From IMG/VR virus record IMGVR_UViG_3300033475_000127, positions 1 through 27,692 of that record: DNA of 27,692 bases, one strand, 5' to 3'. The position numbers were made by a program, and so were the translations under genes. This document shows positions 7,580-15,540 of the stretch, piece after piece (positions within the stretch are counted from its first letter, which is position 1; every line of letters starts with the position of its first letter). Under the pieces are notes generated by a model. The model did not search any database. It was given only the letters and a program-made list of their open reading frames with translations, and had not been told where the DNA came from. Origin of the DNA: a virus (lineage: Duplodnaviria > Caudoviricetes).

Positions 7580-7981
7580 TCAGGGAGTTGGTTCGTCGTC
7601 TTTCTTCTGACGATCGAAAGCGGGCGATTGAGATTCTGGAGGAACTAGGGCGGACACCCGGTTTATCGCAACCGGGCGCAGATCGGGTTCCAGGGATCGG
7701 TAAAGATCGATGAGGCGTCGGATCTCAGCTTCTTCTTTGCGAGCTGCGTCTAGGTCCTCGGGGCCTTGCCCTTGAAGCCATTCGGGTGTCACGCCAAGCA
7801 CCTCTGATATTGCTTCGATCTTGCTCACTGAGGCGCTCGGCGACTCGCCCTTGGCAACTCGCCGACGCCAGTTCCGGACTGTGTCCTGAGAGCCGGTAGC
7901 CTTCTTGGAAACCGCTGCGTCGGTAGTGCCCAACGCGGCGAGCCTGAGGTCTATTCGGGCAAGGACAGTCTTCATTTCCAT
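7580..7981 (-). CDS. cI: phage repressor, XRE-type HTH, no S24 peptidase domain
   Basis: Divergent from cro with operators between; IEAISEVLGVTPEWL.G HTH tail; 133 aa; ATG next to an operator and no RBS, so possibly leaderless. Confidence 0.8.
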   Translation of the reverse strand: MEMKTVLARIDLRLAALGTTDAAVSKKATGSQDTVRNWRRRVAKGESPSASVSKIEAISEVLGVTPEWLQGQGPEDLDAARKEEAEIRRLIDLYRSLEPDLRPVAINRVSALVPPESQSPAFDRQKKDDEPTP

Positions 7982-7982
7982 G

Positions 7983-8060
7983 CGGTTTTCTTACCGCCCA
8001 AGGCCGAGCAATCACAGCGGTAAGAAAACCGTTGACGCCACCGGTAAAATAACCGATGTT
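7983..8060. promoter_or_regulatory. OR operators (7983-7996, 8018-8031, 8042-8055) and PR (-35 TTGACG at 8032-8037)
   Basis: CGGTTTTCTTACCG, CGGTAAGAAAACCG, CGGTAAAATAACCG; same -35 and operator-in-spacer layout as PL. Confidence 0.85.
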
Positions 8061-8067
8061 GGCGACC

Positions 8068-8301
8068 ATGCTTCAGATCGCACATCTTCTCGCCCTCGCC
8101 GATGAGTTCCAGCGGGTCACGTCCTTAGGGGACACGACGCTGAGCTTCCGCGTCTTCAAAGACAGCAAGAAGCTCGCTGCGCTCCGTGCCGAAAAGGACA
8201 TCACGACCGCAAGGTTCAATGCCGCAATCATCTGGTTCGCGGAGAATTGGCCGGATGGAGCCGTGTGGCCCAAGGCGATCAAGCGCCCGGTTGCAGCATG
8301 A
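8068..8301 (+). CDS. cro: Cro-like protein
   Basis: First rightward gene; TLSFRVF.D.K...DIT...WF..NWP....WP..I.RP pattern typical of alphaproteobacterial phage Cro; probably leaderless. Confidence 0.75.
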   Translation: MLQIAHLLALADEFQRVTSLGDTTLSFRVFKDSKKLAALRAEKDITTARFNAAIIWFAENWPDGAVWPKAIKRPVAA

Positions 8302-8612
8302 GCGGCGTACCCCACGACAACTCCGCTGGCATACCGGACATTTCGCCGGTCGAAGGGCTCCAGCCGAAGAAGATGTTCATCCCGGAGGTCGGCGAGGACT
8401 GCGTCAACATGGATGGCGTCATTGCCATCATGAAGCAGATCGACACGCCAGAGGCCAAGGCGATGTACCGGGCCTTTCGACGCCACTACGCCGAAATGCG
8501 CCTCTCCAGGCCGGGCGAGACTGCCCAGAAGGTTCGGCAGGCGGCCGTTCTCGCAGCCATCAAGGACTGCGGTCACCGCATCAATTTCACACCCATTTCT
8601 GGAGAGGTCTAG
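8298..8612 (+). CDS. hypothetical protein
   Basis: ATGA overlap with cro. Confidence 0.6.
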   Translation: MSGVPHDNSAGIPDISPVEGLQPKKMFIPEVGEDCVNMDGVIAIMKQIDTPEAKAMYRAFRRHYAEMRLSRPGETAQKVRQAAVLAAIKDCGHRINFTPISGEV

Positions 8613-9344
8613 ATGTCCAGCACGGTCAGCAGTGATTCCGTAGCCCAAGACCAACTCCGCGCCTTCATCGACCGCATTGAGCGGATGGAGGAGGAGAAGA
8701 AGGCAATCGCCGACGACATCAAGGAGATTTACGGCGAGGCCAAAGGCAATGGCTTTGACGTGAAGGTGCTCCGCCAGCTCGTCCGCATTCGCAAGCAGGA
8801 CCGCGACGAACGGATGGAACAAGAGGCCATTCTCAGCCTCTACATGGATGCTCTCGGCATGACCTTTGCGCCCCCGGACGATGACGACGACGAGCCGCCG
8901 CGCGGCCGCGCTCCCGTCACCAAGCCGCGCGCTCCGGAGCCCAAACCCAAACCAAATTCCCCCATCCAGCAGTCCCCCACTGCTGAAGCGACCGAGTCCA
9001 ATGTACCGCGTAACTCGGTCGTGGAAATTCAGCCGGGAACGGCGAACGAAACCCCGGAGCGGCTGGCGCTTGCACCTGCCGATCCGCTGAGGTCGGAGGC
9101 TGCTTCCCATGAGGATGCAGGGACGACCGCTTCGGGACCCCAGTCCCCCGCACCAGAGCAGCCGCAACAGCAGCGCCAGGTGCCGGCCCCGACCGCTCCT
9201 TTCGAACCCAAGGTCAACCCAATCTGCCTGAAGCATCAGCGCGGCCAAAAATGCTGGATGTCGCATAAGGCGTACTCCTGCAGCGAGTGCAATGCGGTTT
9301 CGGCAAAGGCAAAAGCCGCCGCGAAGGCGGGAAAGGTCGCCTGA
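8613..9344 (+). CDS. gapR: GapR/DUF2312 nucleoid-associated protein with Pro-rich linker and C-terminal Cys/His cluster
   Basis: [64 protein letters not shown] is the GapR signature; GGAGAGG RBS. Confidence 0.9.
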   Translation: MSSTVSSDSVAQDQLRAFIDRIERMEEEKKAIADDIKEIYGEAKGNGFDVKVLRQLVRIRKQDRDERMEQEAILSLYMDALGMTFAPPDDDDDEPPRGRAPVTKPRAPEPKPKPNSPIQQSPTAEATESNVPRNSVVEIQPGTANETPERLALAPADPLRSEAASHEDAGTTASGPQSPAPEQPQQQRQVPAPTAPFEPKVNPICLKHQRGQKCWMSHKAYSCSECNAVSAKAKAAAKAGKVA

Positions 9345-9487
9345 TGGACTGGTCGTCATTCGTTTGCGGGAGCGGCTTCGGCGCGGTCGCAATCATCGTG
9401 CTTGGCGCGCTGATCCATGCCGCGTTCACGCGCGGCACGCCGCCAACTGCCAACGGCCCCGACTACCTGACGGGAGAGCCGGAATGA
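9344..9487 (+). CDS. small membrane protein (47 aa)
   Basis: TGATG overlap; hydrophobic FGAVAIIVLGALIHAAF. Confidence 0.55.
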   Translation: MDWSSFVCGSGFGAVAIIVLGALIHAAFTRGTPPTANGPDYLTGEPE

Positions 9488-9822
9488 GCGCGTGGGCCAG
9501 GGTCGGCGCCAAATGCGTCCATGCGATCTACCAGCCACTTGTGACTGGCCAGAGGGTGGCCGGGGCCGTCTACCCCGAAGAGGGCGGCGTCTACACTATC
9601 CGCAAGATCGTCTTCTGTAGCCGGACCGGGAATAAGCTTCTCCTGCTGCGCGAGATCGACAACAGGCATATCTGCGCGAAACTGGGCCTCGTTCTTGAGC
9701 CGGCCTTTAATGCTCTGCATTTCAAGCCGCTTGCCTACAAGCCCCAATCCCCTGAGCACGACGTGGAGCAATTCAACCGAATAGCTCGTCATGTCAGCAC
9801 TCCTGAGAAGGAGCGCGCATGA
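9484..9822 (+). CDS. conserved phage hypothetical protein
   Basis: ATGA overlap; VGAKCV...P..GGVYTIR.I...L.EI...F.A.HFKPL. Confidence 0.65.
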   Translation: MSAWARVGAKCVHAIYQPLVTGQRVAGAVYPEEGGVYTIRKIVFCSRTGNKLLLLREIDNRHICAKLGLVLEPAFNALHFKPLAYKPQSPEHDVEQFNRIARHVSTPEKERA

Positions 9823-9956
9823 TCCGCGCTCCACACCAACCGCAAATGTCTGCTGACGCCGGGCGTGGGGCGCGCCCGCTTTGGACGCGTCAGCAGGCAC
9901 TTGCCGTTGATAACGCGCAAGACAGGTCGGCCGCGCGCCGGGCTGGGTTCTTTCGT

Positions 9957-10167
9957 AACAGAGCGGTTTCCTCCCTCTGTTTGACCTACGCCAATGTCAC
10001 TGGCCGGGGCGTTCGTCGCTCCGGTCCTTTTGGGCGGCTTGCGGACGGTCCAGCCATCTCGGCTGCGGCTCGGCGCTTTCACCACATTCCTTTCAATTCG
10101 CGGCGTTCCTCCTCCCCGCTGCGGATGCACCCGGTCGGTCGAGTTTCCCTCCCCGTCCGGCCGGGTG
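9957..10167 (+). ncRNA. cuckoo/alpha-r14-like hairpin array with anti-SD loops
   Basis: Hairpins 9957-9981 (loop with TTCCTCC), 10096-10126 (loop TTCCTCCTCCC) and 10128-10167 (loop with TTCCCTCCC); CCUCCUCCC is the defining cuckoo motif. Confidence 0.55.
10002..10031 (+). terminator. putative intrinsic terminator
   Basis: GGCCGGGGCG-TTCGT-CGCTCCGGTC followed by CTTTT. Confidence 0.45.
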
Positions 10168-10372
10168 TCCCCTTCATTGCTGGCGCGCATGGGTTCGCTG
10201 CCGGCAAGTTCATCAACGTTCACACGGCTCAGGATCTGCCTGCAAAGCTCATCGAGCCGATGTGTCGTCATAGTCGTCGTTCCTTCCAAGTCGTCTTCAC
10301 CCGATGGTTCAAGAACTATCGGCAAGGGAGCCCAAAAACTTGGAAAAGTTCACCAGCCATCAAGAGCGGAAA

Positions 10373-10762
10373 ATGAGTGCGGCTGTTCACACGATGCTTC
10401 GCGATTACGCGGGGTCGTCTTGGCCTTCGTTGAACCACAAGGGCCGCATGGCCCAACTCGCGCGCAAGCTCGGCTTCGGCCAGCGGCGTGTTCGATCCCT
10501 TTATCAAAACGAGCCTGGCGTAAGTGTCCGGGCAGAAGAGGCGGCGAGAATTGCGGAACTCGTTGCGTCCAGAGAGGACGCCATCCGAGCACAGGACAGG
10601 GCTTTGGCGGAGCGTCTTGCTTCGCTTGAGGCCGAGGTTGCCTTCCTCCGTGCGGCGGTCGCTGGCGACCGCGTGGAGGCAGCGCGCGGACAAGCACACC
10701 GACTTGGCGGAGGCGCACTTGCAGATGGGCAACGTTCTCCGCGCCGACGCTCGACAGATTGA
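10373..10762 (+). CDS. CII-position HTH/coiled-coil regulator
   Basis: LARKLGFGQRRVRSLY..E HTH followed by a coiled coil; start uncertain (10304-10373). Confidence 0.6.
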   Translation: MSAAVHTMLRDYAGSSWPSLNHKGRMAQLARKLGFGQRRVRSLYQNEPGVSVRAEEAARIAELVASREDAIRAQDRALAERLASLEAEVAFLRAAVAGDRVEAARGQAHRLGGGALADGQRSPRRRSTD

Positions 10763-10824
10763 TCCAGACATCGAGTGGGGACAGCGCACCCCTATCCACG
10801 ACGACAACGAGGACAACTGACGAA

Positions 10825-11427
10825 ATGAAGATCACGTGTGCCCATTGCGGGAAGGAGTCAGACAAGCCGACCGGCGCGGTCAATCGCGCTCGGAAAGCCG
10901 GGATGCCTCTGTACTGCGACCGGGCATGCGCCGGTCTTGCGCGACGCGCTGCGCCGAAATCCGCCGCACAGAAGAAGGCGGAGAAGCGGGCATATGACGC
11001 CGCTCGCCGCATAGAGCTGGCGCAGGAACTCAAGGCGAAGAAGGCCGAATACCACAAGCGCACCTATGACCCGGCGAAGGCCGCGGAGGAGCGTAAGCGG
11101 CGCATGCCCTCTCATGTCGAATATTGCCGCCGCCCTGAGTACCGCGCGTGGAAGCGGGAATACGACCGTCAGTATCTGGCGAAGAAAGACTACGGCGAAT
11201 TCTGGGAGTGTCACCTGCTGGCGCTCGATATCCGCGAGGAAGCCCTTCGGCAGTCCTCCGACTACGACATCCGCCTCTCCAAGGGCGGAATTGCAAAAAC
11301 CCAACAACGGAGACGTGACTATGAGCGATTCAGACGCGCTGACGCTGACGGCGAAGAACTTGAAGTCGGCCCTTTGGGAGACCTTGCAGGCGGTGAAGAC
11401 CGGCGACATGCAGCCCGGTCAAGCTGA
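10825..11427 (+). CDS. Zn-binding, basic helical hypothetical protein
   Basis: ITCAHCGK...YCDRAC; GAGGA RBS; Arg/Lys-rich. Confidence 0.65.
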   Translation: MKITCAHCGKESDKPTGAVNRARKAGMPLYCDRACAGLARRAAPKSAAQKKAEKRAYDAARRIELAQELKAKKAEYHKRTYDPAKAAEERKRRMPSHVEYCRRPEYRAWKREYDRQYLAKKDYGEFWECHLLALDIREEALRQSSDYDIRLSKGGIAKTQQRRRDYERFRRADADGEELEVGPLGDLAGGEDRRHAARSS

Positions 11428-11542
11428 TGCCGTGGCGTCTCAGGCCCGTGAAATCCTCCGCACCACCAACACCCAGCTTCGCGTCGTTCAGCAGGCCAAG
11501 CGCACCGTTCCTGTCGACGTTCTGACCTTCGCTGAGAGCTGA
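11321..11542 (+). CDS. small helical hypothetical protein
   Basis: GGAG RBS; L..ALWETL..VK.G......A.AVA..A..IL pattern; overlaps the upstream gene by 107 bp. Confidence 0.6.
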   Translation: MSDSDALTLTAKNLKSALWETLQAVKTGDMQPGQADAVASQAREILRTTNTQLRVVQQAKRTVPVDVLTFAES

Positions 11543-11612
11543 GTTCCGACCCCTATCCACGACGACGAAACAGACGATCAACGCGGCTGAGCCGCAGAAC
11601 CTGGAGAAGTGA

Positions 11613-11900
11613 ATGGATACCTTCAGCACGCCGAAGAACGTGGTTGCGAACGGCAAGCCAAATTTCGTCTCGGCAGTTACCTACGTCCGCCGGGACGCAA
11701 ACGAGATCGCCGATTTGGTCTACCGCCTAGCCGACCGTCTCGTTGGTTCTGTGCCTACAGGCGAGACCAACAACGCAGACCCCGTTGCCGCCGGCCTCTT
11801 CGGCGATGTTGAGGACGATGCGCGCTCCATCTCCAATTCGCTCCGCTCCATCGAGAGCAGCATCCGTCGCATCGAAAATTCGCTGCCGAGTTCCAACTGA
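11613..11900 (+). CDS. hypothetical coiled-coil protein
   Basis: GGAG RBS. Confidence 0.6.
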   Translation: MDTFSTPKNVVANGKPNFVSAVTYVRRDANEIADLVYRLADRLVGSVPTGETNNADPVAAGLFGDVEDDARSISNSLRSIESSIRRIENSLPSSN

Positions 11901-11932
11901 TCCTGCCGATGACGGCAACAACTGAGGGCGAG

Positions 11933-12603
11933 ATGATGAGCGAATGCAAGTTCTGCGGCGAAATGCGAGACAATCCGTGCACGCGCTCGGGCTCGCCCGC
12001 CGAATGTCGCTATACGCACTCGCTCATCAAGGGCGATGCGCTCGACTTGATACTCGAGTTGCAGGAGCGGCCGACTATCATTGTCACCGACCCGCCATAT
12101 GCGCTTCGTGGCGACGGAGACGAACACGCCATTTCCGCAACGGTTGCCATCGTCTTGCGCGAGGCAGCCAAGAAGCTGGCCCCTGGCGGCTGGATGCTGA
12201 TCATGTGCGCGTCGAGCTGGCGCAGCCAAGCCTACATGGTGGAGTCTGTGCGCGGCCTCGTAGAGCCGGTTCGGACACTGACGTGGTGCAAGCCGGCAGC
12301 GCGGACTAAGGCCCGCACATCCGGCCCGTCATTCGCCAGCGTTCAGGTGCTCGCCTTCAAGAAGGGCAAGAGCGCTGTCGAGCCGGCCGACCTTCTCGAT
12401 CACATCACCGCGCCGCCTTTGACAGTAGGCCGCCGGCGCAGTTGCCCCCGGAAGTGGCTGACTGGATGGTTCGCGCCTATGGCCGGCCGGGCGACCTGTT
12501 GCTGGACCCCTTTGCTGGCTCCGGAGCCATCCTCGATGCGGCGAAGCGGGCTGGCCTAGGTGCCATCGGCTTCGAGAAATCACCGATTGAACTCGCCGCC
12601 TAA
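11933..12603 (+). pseudogene. beta-class N6A/N4C DNA methyltransferase with a single-base frameshift near 12436
   Basis: First frame has GDAL...VTDPPY...TWCKP; the SAM motif LLDPFAGSG...AIGFE lies in the -1 frame from 12436 (AQLPPEVADWMVRAYGRPGDLLLDPFAGSG...ELAA, stop 12601-12603). Confidence 0.8.
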
Positions 12604-12640
12604 CCCCCTTCCACCCCCGACAGTCCAAGAGGGCAGATAG

Positions 12641-12862
12641 ATGTCAGCAATCGATGTAGACAAACTGGTCCGGGCTGTGATTGTCGGCGTGATCGCGGCA
12701 GTCGTGTCCAGCATGGCCGTGCCGCCAGCGGTCGCGTTCGCGATCTTGTGGGTCATCGGCATCCATTCCGGCTTCTATTGGGATGTGACTGGCTTTGGGT
12801 CGATGGCGTGGATCCTCGTCGTCACGATCTTCTGGATTCGTGTCCTGAGGCTGCCGCGATGA
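12641..12862 (+). CDS. small membrane protein
   Basis: Two or three hydrophobic segments; GAGGG RBS. Confidence 0.6.
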   Translation: MSAIDVDKLVRAVIVGVIAAVVSSMAVPPAVAFAILWVIGIHSGFYWDVTGFGSMAWILVVTIFWIRVLRLPR

Positions 12863-13047
12863 ACCCCGCACAGCTCATCATCAACCGCGCCAAGTCCGAG
12901 AAGCGAGCAGACAAGCGCCGCTCTCTCTTCGTCAAGGCCAAGAAGACGCAACAGCTTCAGGCGGACGTTCGGTCGCGATCTGCCACTGAAGCCGCTTTTG
13001 CCGAACGCAATGCGCAGCGCGAAGAGAGCCGGAGGGCCGATCGGTGA
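12859..13047 (+). CDS. basic hypothetical protein
   Basis: ATGA and GTGA overlaps (MNPAQLIINRAK...). Confidence 0.55.
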   Translation: MNPAQLIINRAKSEKRADKRRSLFVKAKKTQQLQADVRSRSATEAAFAERNAQREESRRADR

Positions 13048-13751
13048 GGGTTCTGATCGCCTGCGAATTCTCCGGCACGGTTCGCCGCGCCTTTGCCGCG
13101 CTCGGTCATGATGCATGGTCATGCGACCTGCTGCCCGCCGACGACCGCAGCAACAAGCATGTCGTCGGGGATGTCCGGGACATCCTGAACGACGGCTGGG
13201 ATCTGCTGGCCGTAATGCATCCGCCTTGCACTCGCCTCTGCAACAGCGGGGTACGCTGGCTCAGCGAACCTCCCGGGAAACTGAGTGCTGAGCACTACAG
13301 CGCTGCGGAGATTGCCGAATACCGCTTGATGGACCGTGACGATCGGCTGGCCTTTATGTGGCATAAACTCGATGAGGGCGCCGATCTGTTCTCGGCCTGC
13401 TGGAACGCGCCGATCGAGCGCATCGCCGTCGAAAACCCGGTGATGCACAAGCACGCCAAGGCCCGCATTCGGGGCTATCAGCCGCCCGCGCAAACCGTCC
13501 AGCCTTGGTGGTTCGGCGAACCGCAGTTCAAGGCAACGGGGCTCTATCTCAAGAACCTGGCGCCGCTGGTGCCGACAAACAAGCTGGTCCCGCCGCGTCC
13601 CGGCACGGTCGAGCATAAGGCATGGTCGAAGGTACATCGCGCCCCGCCGGGCCCGGATCGCTGGCGTGAACGGTCGCGCTTCTTCCCGGGCGTCGCCGCT
13701 GCCATGGCAGAGCAGTGGGGCGGACTTGCTGAGGAAAGGGCCGCAGCATGA
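13044..13751 (+). CDS. short phage C5-cytosine DNA methyltransferase-like protein
   Basis: RVLIACEFSG (variant motif I), HPPCT (catalytic PC), VENP (ENV-like), QPWWFG...KAT.L. Confidence 0.75.
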   Translation: MRVLIACEFSGTVRRAFAALGHDAWSCDLLPADDRSNKHVVGDVRDILNDGWDLLAVMHPPCTRLCNSGVRWLSEPPGKLSAEHYSAAEIAEYRLMDRDDRLAFMWHKLDEGADLFSACWNAPIERIAVENPVMHKHAKARIRGYQPPAQTVQPWWFGEPQFKATGLYLKNLAPLVPTNKLVPPRPGTVEHKAWSKVHRAPPGPDRWRERSRFFPGVAAAMAEQWGGLAEERAAA

Positions 13752-13792
13752 TCCCTCCCCATACCCCGCGTCAGAACGATGGAGGGGTGTAG

Positions 13793-14605
13793 ATGAGCCA
13801 TCGCGTCGAGATATTGGCGGAAGGCGTGGAGCTGCACCTGGGAGATTGCCTTGAGGTGTTGCGGACGATCGGCGCCAATGCTGTCGAAATCGCTGTCACG
13901 TCGCCGCCCTACAATCTCGGCGAGGGCATGGAAGATAAGGGCGGACTTCGGGTCGGCCACGCCGGCAGCAAATGGGGCGACGGTAAGTTGCGCGGCGGTT
14001 ATGGCGCGCATGACGATGCGATGCCGTATCCCGAATATGTCGCATGGCAGCGCCGGGTGCTGGACGAACTTTGGCGAGTCTGCTCGGGGGCGATCTACTA
14101 CAATCACAAGCCTCGGCTGGTGAAGCGCCAGCTTCGGCTCCCGACCGATATTGTCCACCTTCCGTTGCGTCAAATCATCACCTGGGACCGTGGCTCCGGG
14201 TTCAATTGCATGGCCGGTGCCTACATGCCGGTGAGCGAGTGGATCGTCCTCTGCGCTAAGCCAGAATGGCAGCTTCGGCACAAGTCCGCGAGCGCTCTTG
14301 GCGATGTGTGGCGAATCCATCCGACCGTAGATCCGGATCATCCGGCCAGCTTCCCGATTGAGATCCCAATCAACGCCATTGAGACCAGCGGAGCCGCTTC
14401 AGTCATTGACCCGTTCATGGGCGCGGGGACGAGCGGGGTTGCTGCCGTCAAGCTTGGGCGAAAGTTCATCGGCATAGAGCTCGACCCGAAGCATTTCGAC
14501 ACATCCTGCCAGCGGATTTCTGCCGCACTCAAGCAGCCCGACATGTTCGTCGCGCCGCCGGCGCCCGCCAAGCAGCTCTCCATTCTCGACGGAGACGCCG
14601 CATGA
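13793..14605 (+). CDS. beta-class DNA methyltransferase (N4C/N6A)
   Basis: GDCL...VTSPPYN...HPASFP...DPFMGAGTSG...IGIELD. Confidence 0.9.
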   Translation: MSHRVEILAEGVELHLGDCLEVLRTIGANAVEIAVTSPPYNLGEGMEDKGGLRVGHAGSKWGDGKLRGGYGAHDDAMPYPEYVAWQRRVLDELWRVCSGAIYYNHKPRLVKRQLRLPTDIVHLPLRQIITWDRGSGFNCMAGAYMPVSEWIVLCAKPEWQLRHKSASALGDVWRIHPTVDPDHPASFPIEIPINAIETSGAASVIDPFMGAGTSGVAAVKLGRKFIGIELDPKHFDTSCQRISAALKQPDMFVAPPAPAKQLSILDGDAA

Positions 14606-14955
14606 CCCATCACAATACCGGGGAGGGGAGAGCCCGCGAGTCCGATATCGCCAAGGCGGTAATGCAGCACTGGCGCGCCCTGGCGCTCCCGGGAACGCTG
14701 GTCGCGAGCATCCCGAACCAATTTGCTGCCGGCCAATACGGGCTGACGAAGGGCCTTCCTGATTTTCTCATCATGGGCCCGGATCTGCCGGTGGGCTTCA
14801 TCGAACTCAAGACGGAGCGCGGACGCATCAGCGAAGCGCAGCTCCGGTTCAAGGACATTTGCGAGCATCTATCCATTCCGCACGCGATCACCCGCGGCCG
14901 GGATGAGCCAATAGCGCTGCTCGAGCAATGGGGAATTGTGAGGGCATCGAAATGA
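14602..14955 (+). CDS. VRR-NUC (PD-(D/E)xK) nuclease
   Basis: KGLPDF...FIELKT..GR.SEAQ..F. Confidence 0.8.
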   Translation: MTHHNTGEGRARESDIAKAVMQHWRALALPGTLVASIPNQFAAGQYGLTKGLPDFLIMGPDLPVGFIELKTERGRISEAQLRFKDICEHLSIPHAITRGRDEPIALLEQWGIVRASK

Positions 14956-15251
14956 TGAATTTGTCTTCGCCGCTTTTTGACAAGGTACGCATTCCGCGAC
15001 GCGAGACCGCTGCGGGTATAGCCGAGCGTATGTGCCGAGAAGCGGGGTTTGAGCCCCAGGCTGTCCGCGTCGGTCCTTTGCCGGGCAAGGGAGCGCCAAA
15101 GGGGCTGCACGATTTGCGGTGCATGATTATCTGCGCCCTGGTGGATGCTGGGTACGTCACTGGAACATGGTTCGAGGACATCCCTCGCGGGACGCTGCTA
15201 CGCTACTGCGTTGACGGTCGGCGTATGCAGCGGGAGTCCGCCAATGCATAA
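14952..15251 (+). CDS. hypothetical protein
   Basis: ATGA overlap. Confidence 0.5.
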   Translation: MMNLSSPLFDKVRIPRRETAAGIAERMCREAGFEPQAVRVGPLPGKGAPKGLHDLRCMIICALVDAGYVTGTWFEDIPRGTLLRYCVDGRRMQRESANA

Positions 15252-15540
15252 GCGGTCATTCACCGCCGCCGTTCCGGCCAGCATCCCGCCCAAGCCGCGC
15301 GCTGTGATCGAATGGGTCTGCCGGGATCGCCGCGTCACTTTCAAGGAACTGCTCGAGCGATCCATGTGCCGCCGGCTAGTTGCTGCCCGGCGCGATGCCA
15401 TTGTCCGGTTGCGCAACGAAATCCACGTGGCGGGCGATCCGATGAGCTTTGAGCAAATCGGAAAGCTACTCCGGCTCCATCACTCGACGGTTCTCTATCA
15501 TTTCCACCTAGCCGAGGGGGCGAAGAATGGCCAGAATTAG
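15244..15540 (+). CDS. DnaA C-terminal (domain IV)-like HTH protein
   Basis: LVAARR.AI..LR...MSFEQIGKLL..HHSTVLY. Confidence 0.7.
   Translation: MHKRSFTAAVPASIPPKPRAVIEWVCRDRRVTFKELLERSMCRRLVAARRDAIVRLRNEIHVAGDPMSFEQIGKLLRLHHSTVLYHFHLAEGAKNGQN

Larger units (their letters stand above)
10788..11566 (+). repeat. 18-bp direct repeat ACCCCTATCCACGACGAC at 10788-10805 and 11549-11566
   Basis: Exact match; both copies intergenic; they bracket two genes. Confidence 0.85.

Noticed and set aside
8073-9392. 439-aa minus-strand ORF and similar long antisense ORFs (e.g. 18009-19085, 24419-25324)
   Set aside because: Shadow ORFs opposite well-supported genes in GC-rich DNA
9819-10376. 185-aa + strand ORF
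   Set aside because: Arg/Pro/Ser-rich with no motif and coincident with the hairpin array; it has an ATGA overlap, so translation is not excluded, but it is not supported as a protein
13044-14955. Restriction-modification system (MTases plus nuclease)
   Set aside because: The nuclease is a small VRR-NUC protein typical of phage replication/recombination regions, not a cognate restriction enzyme
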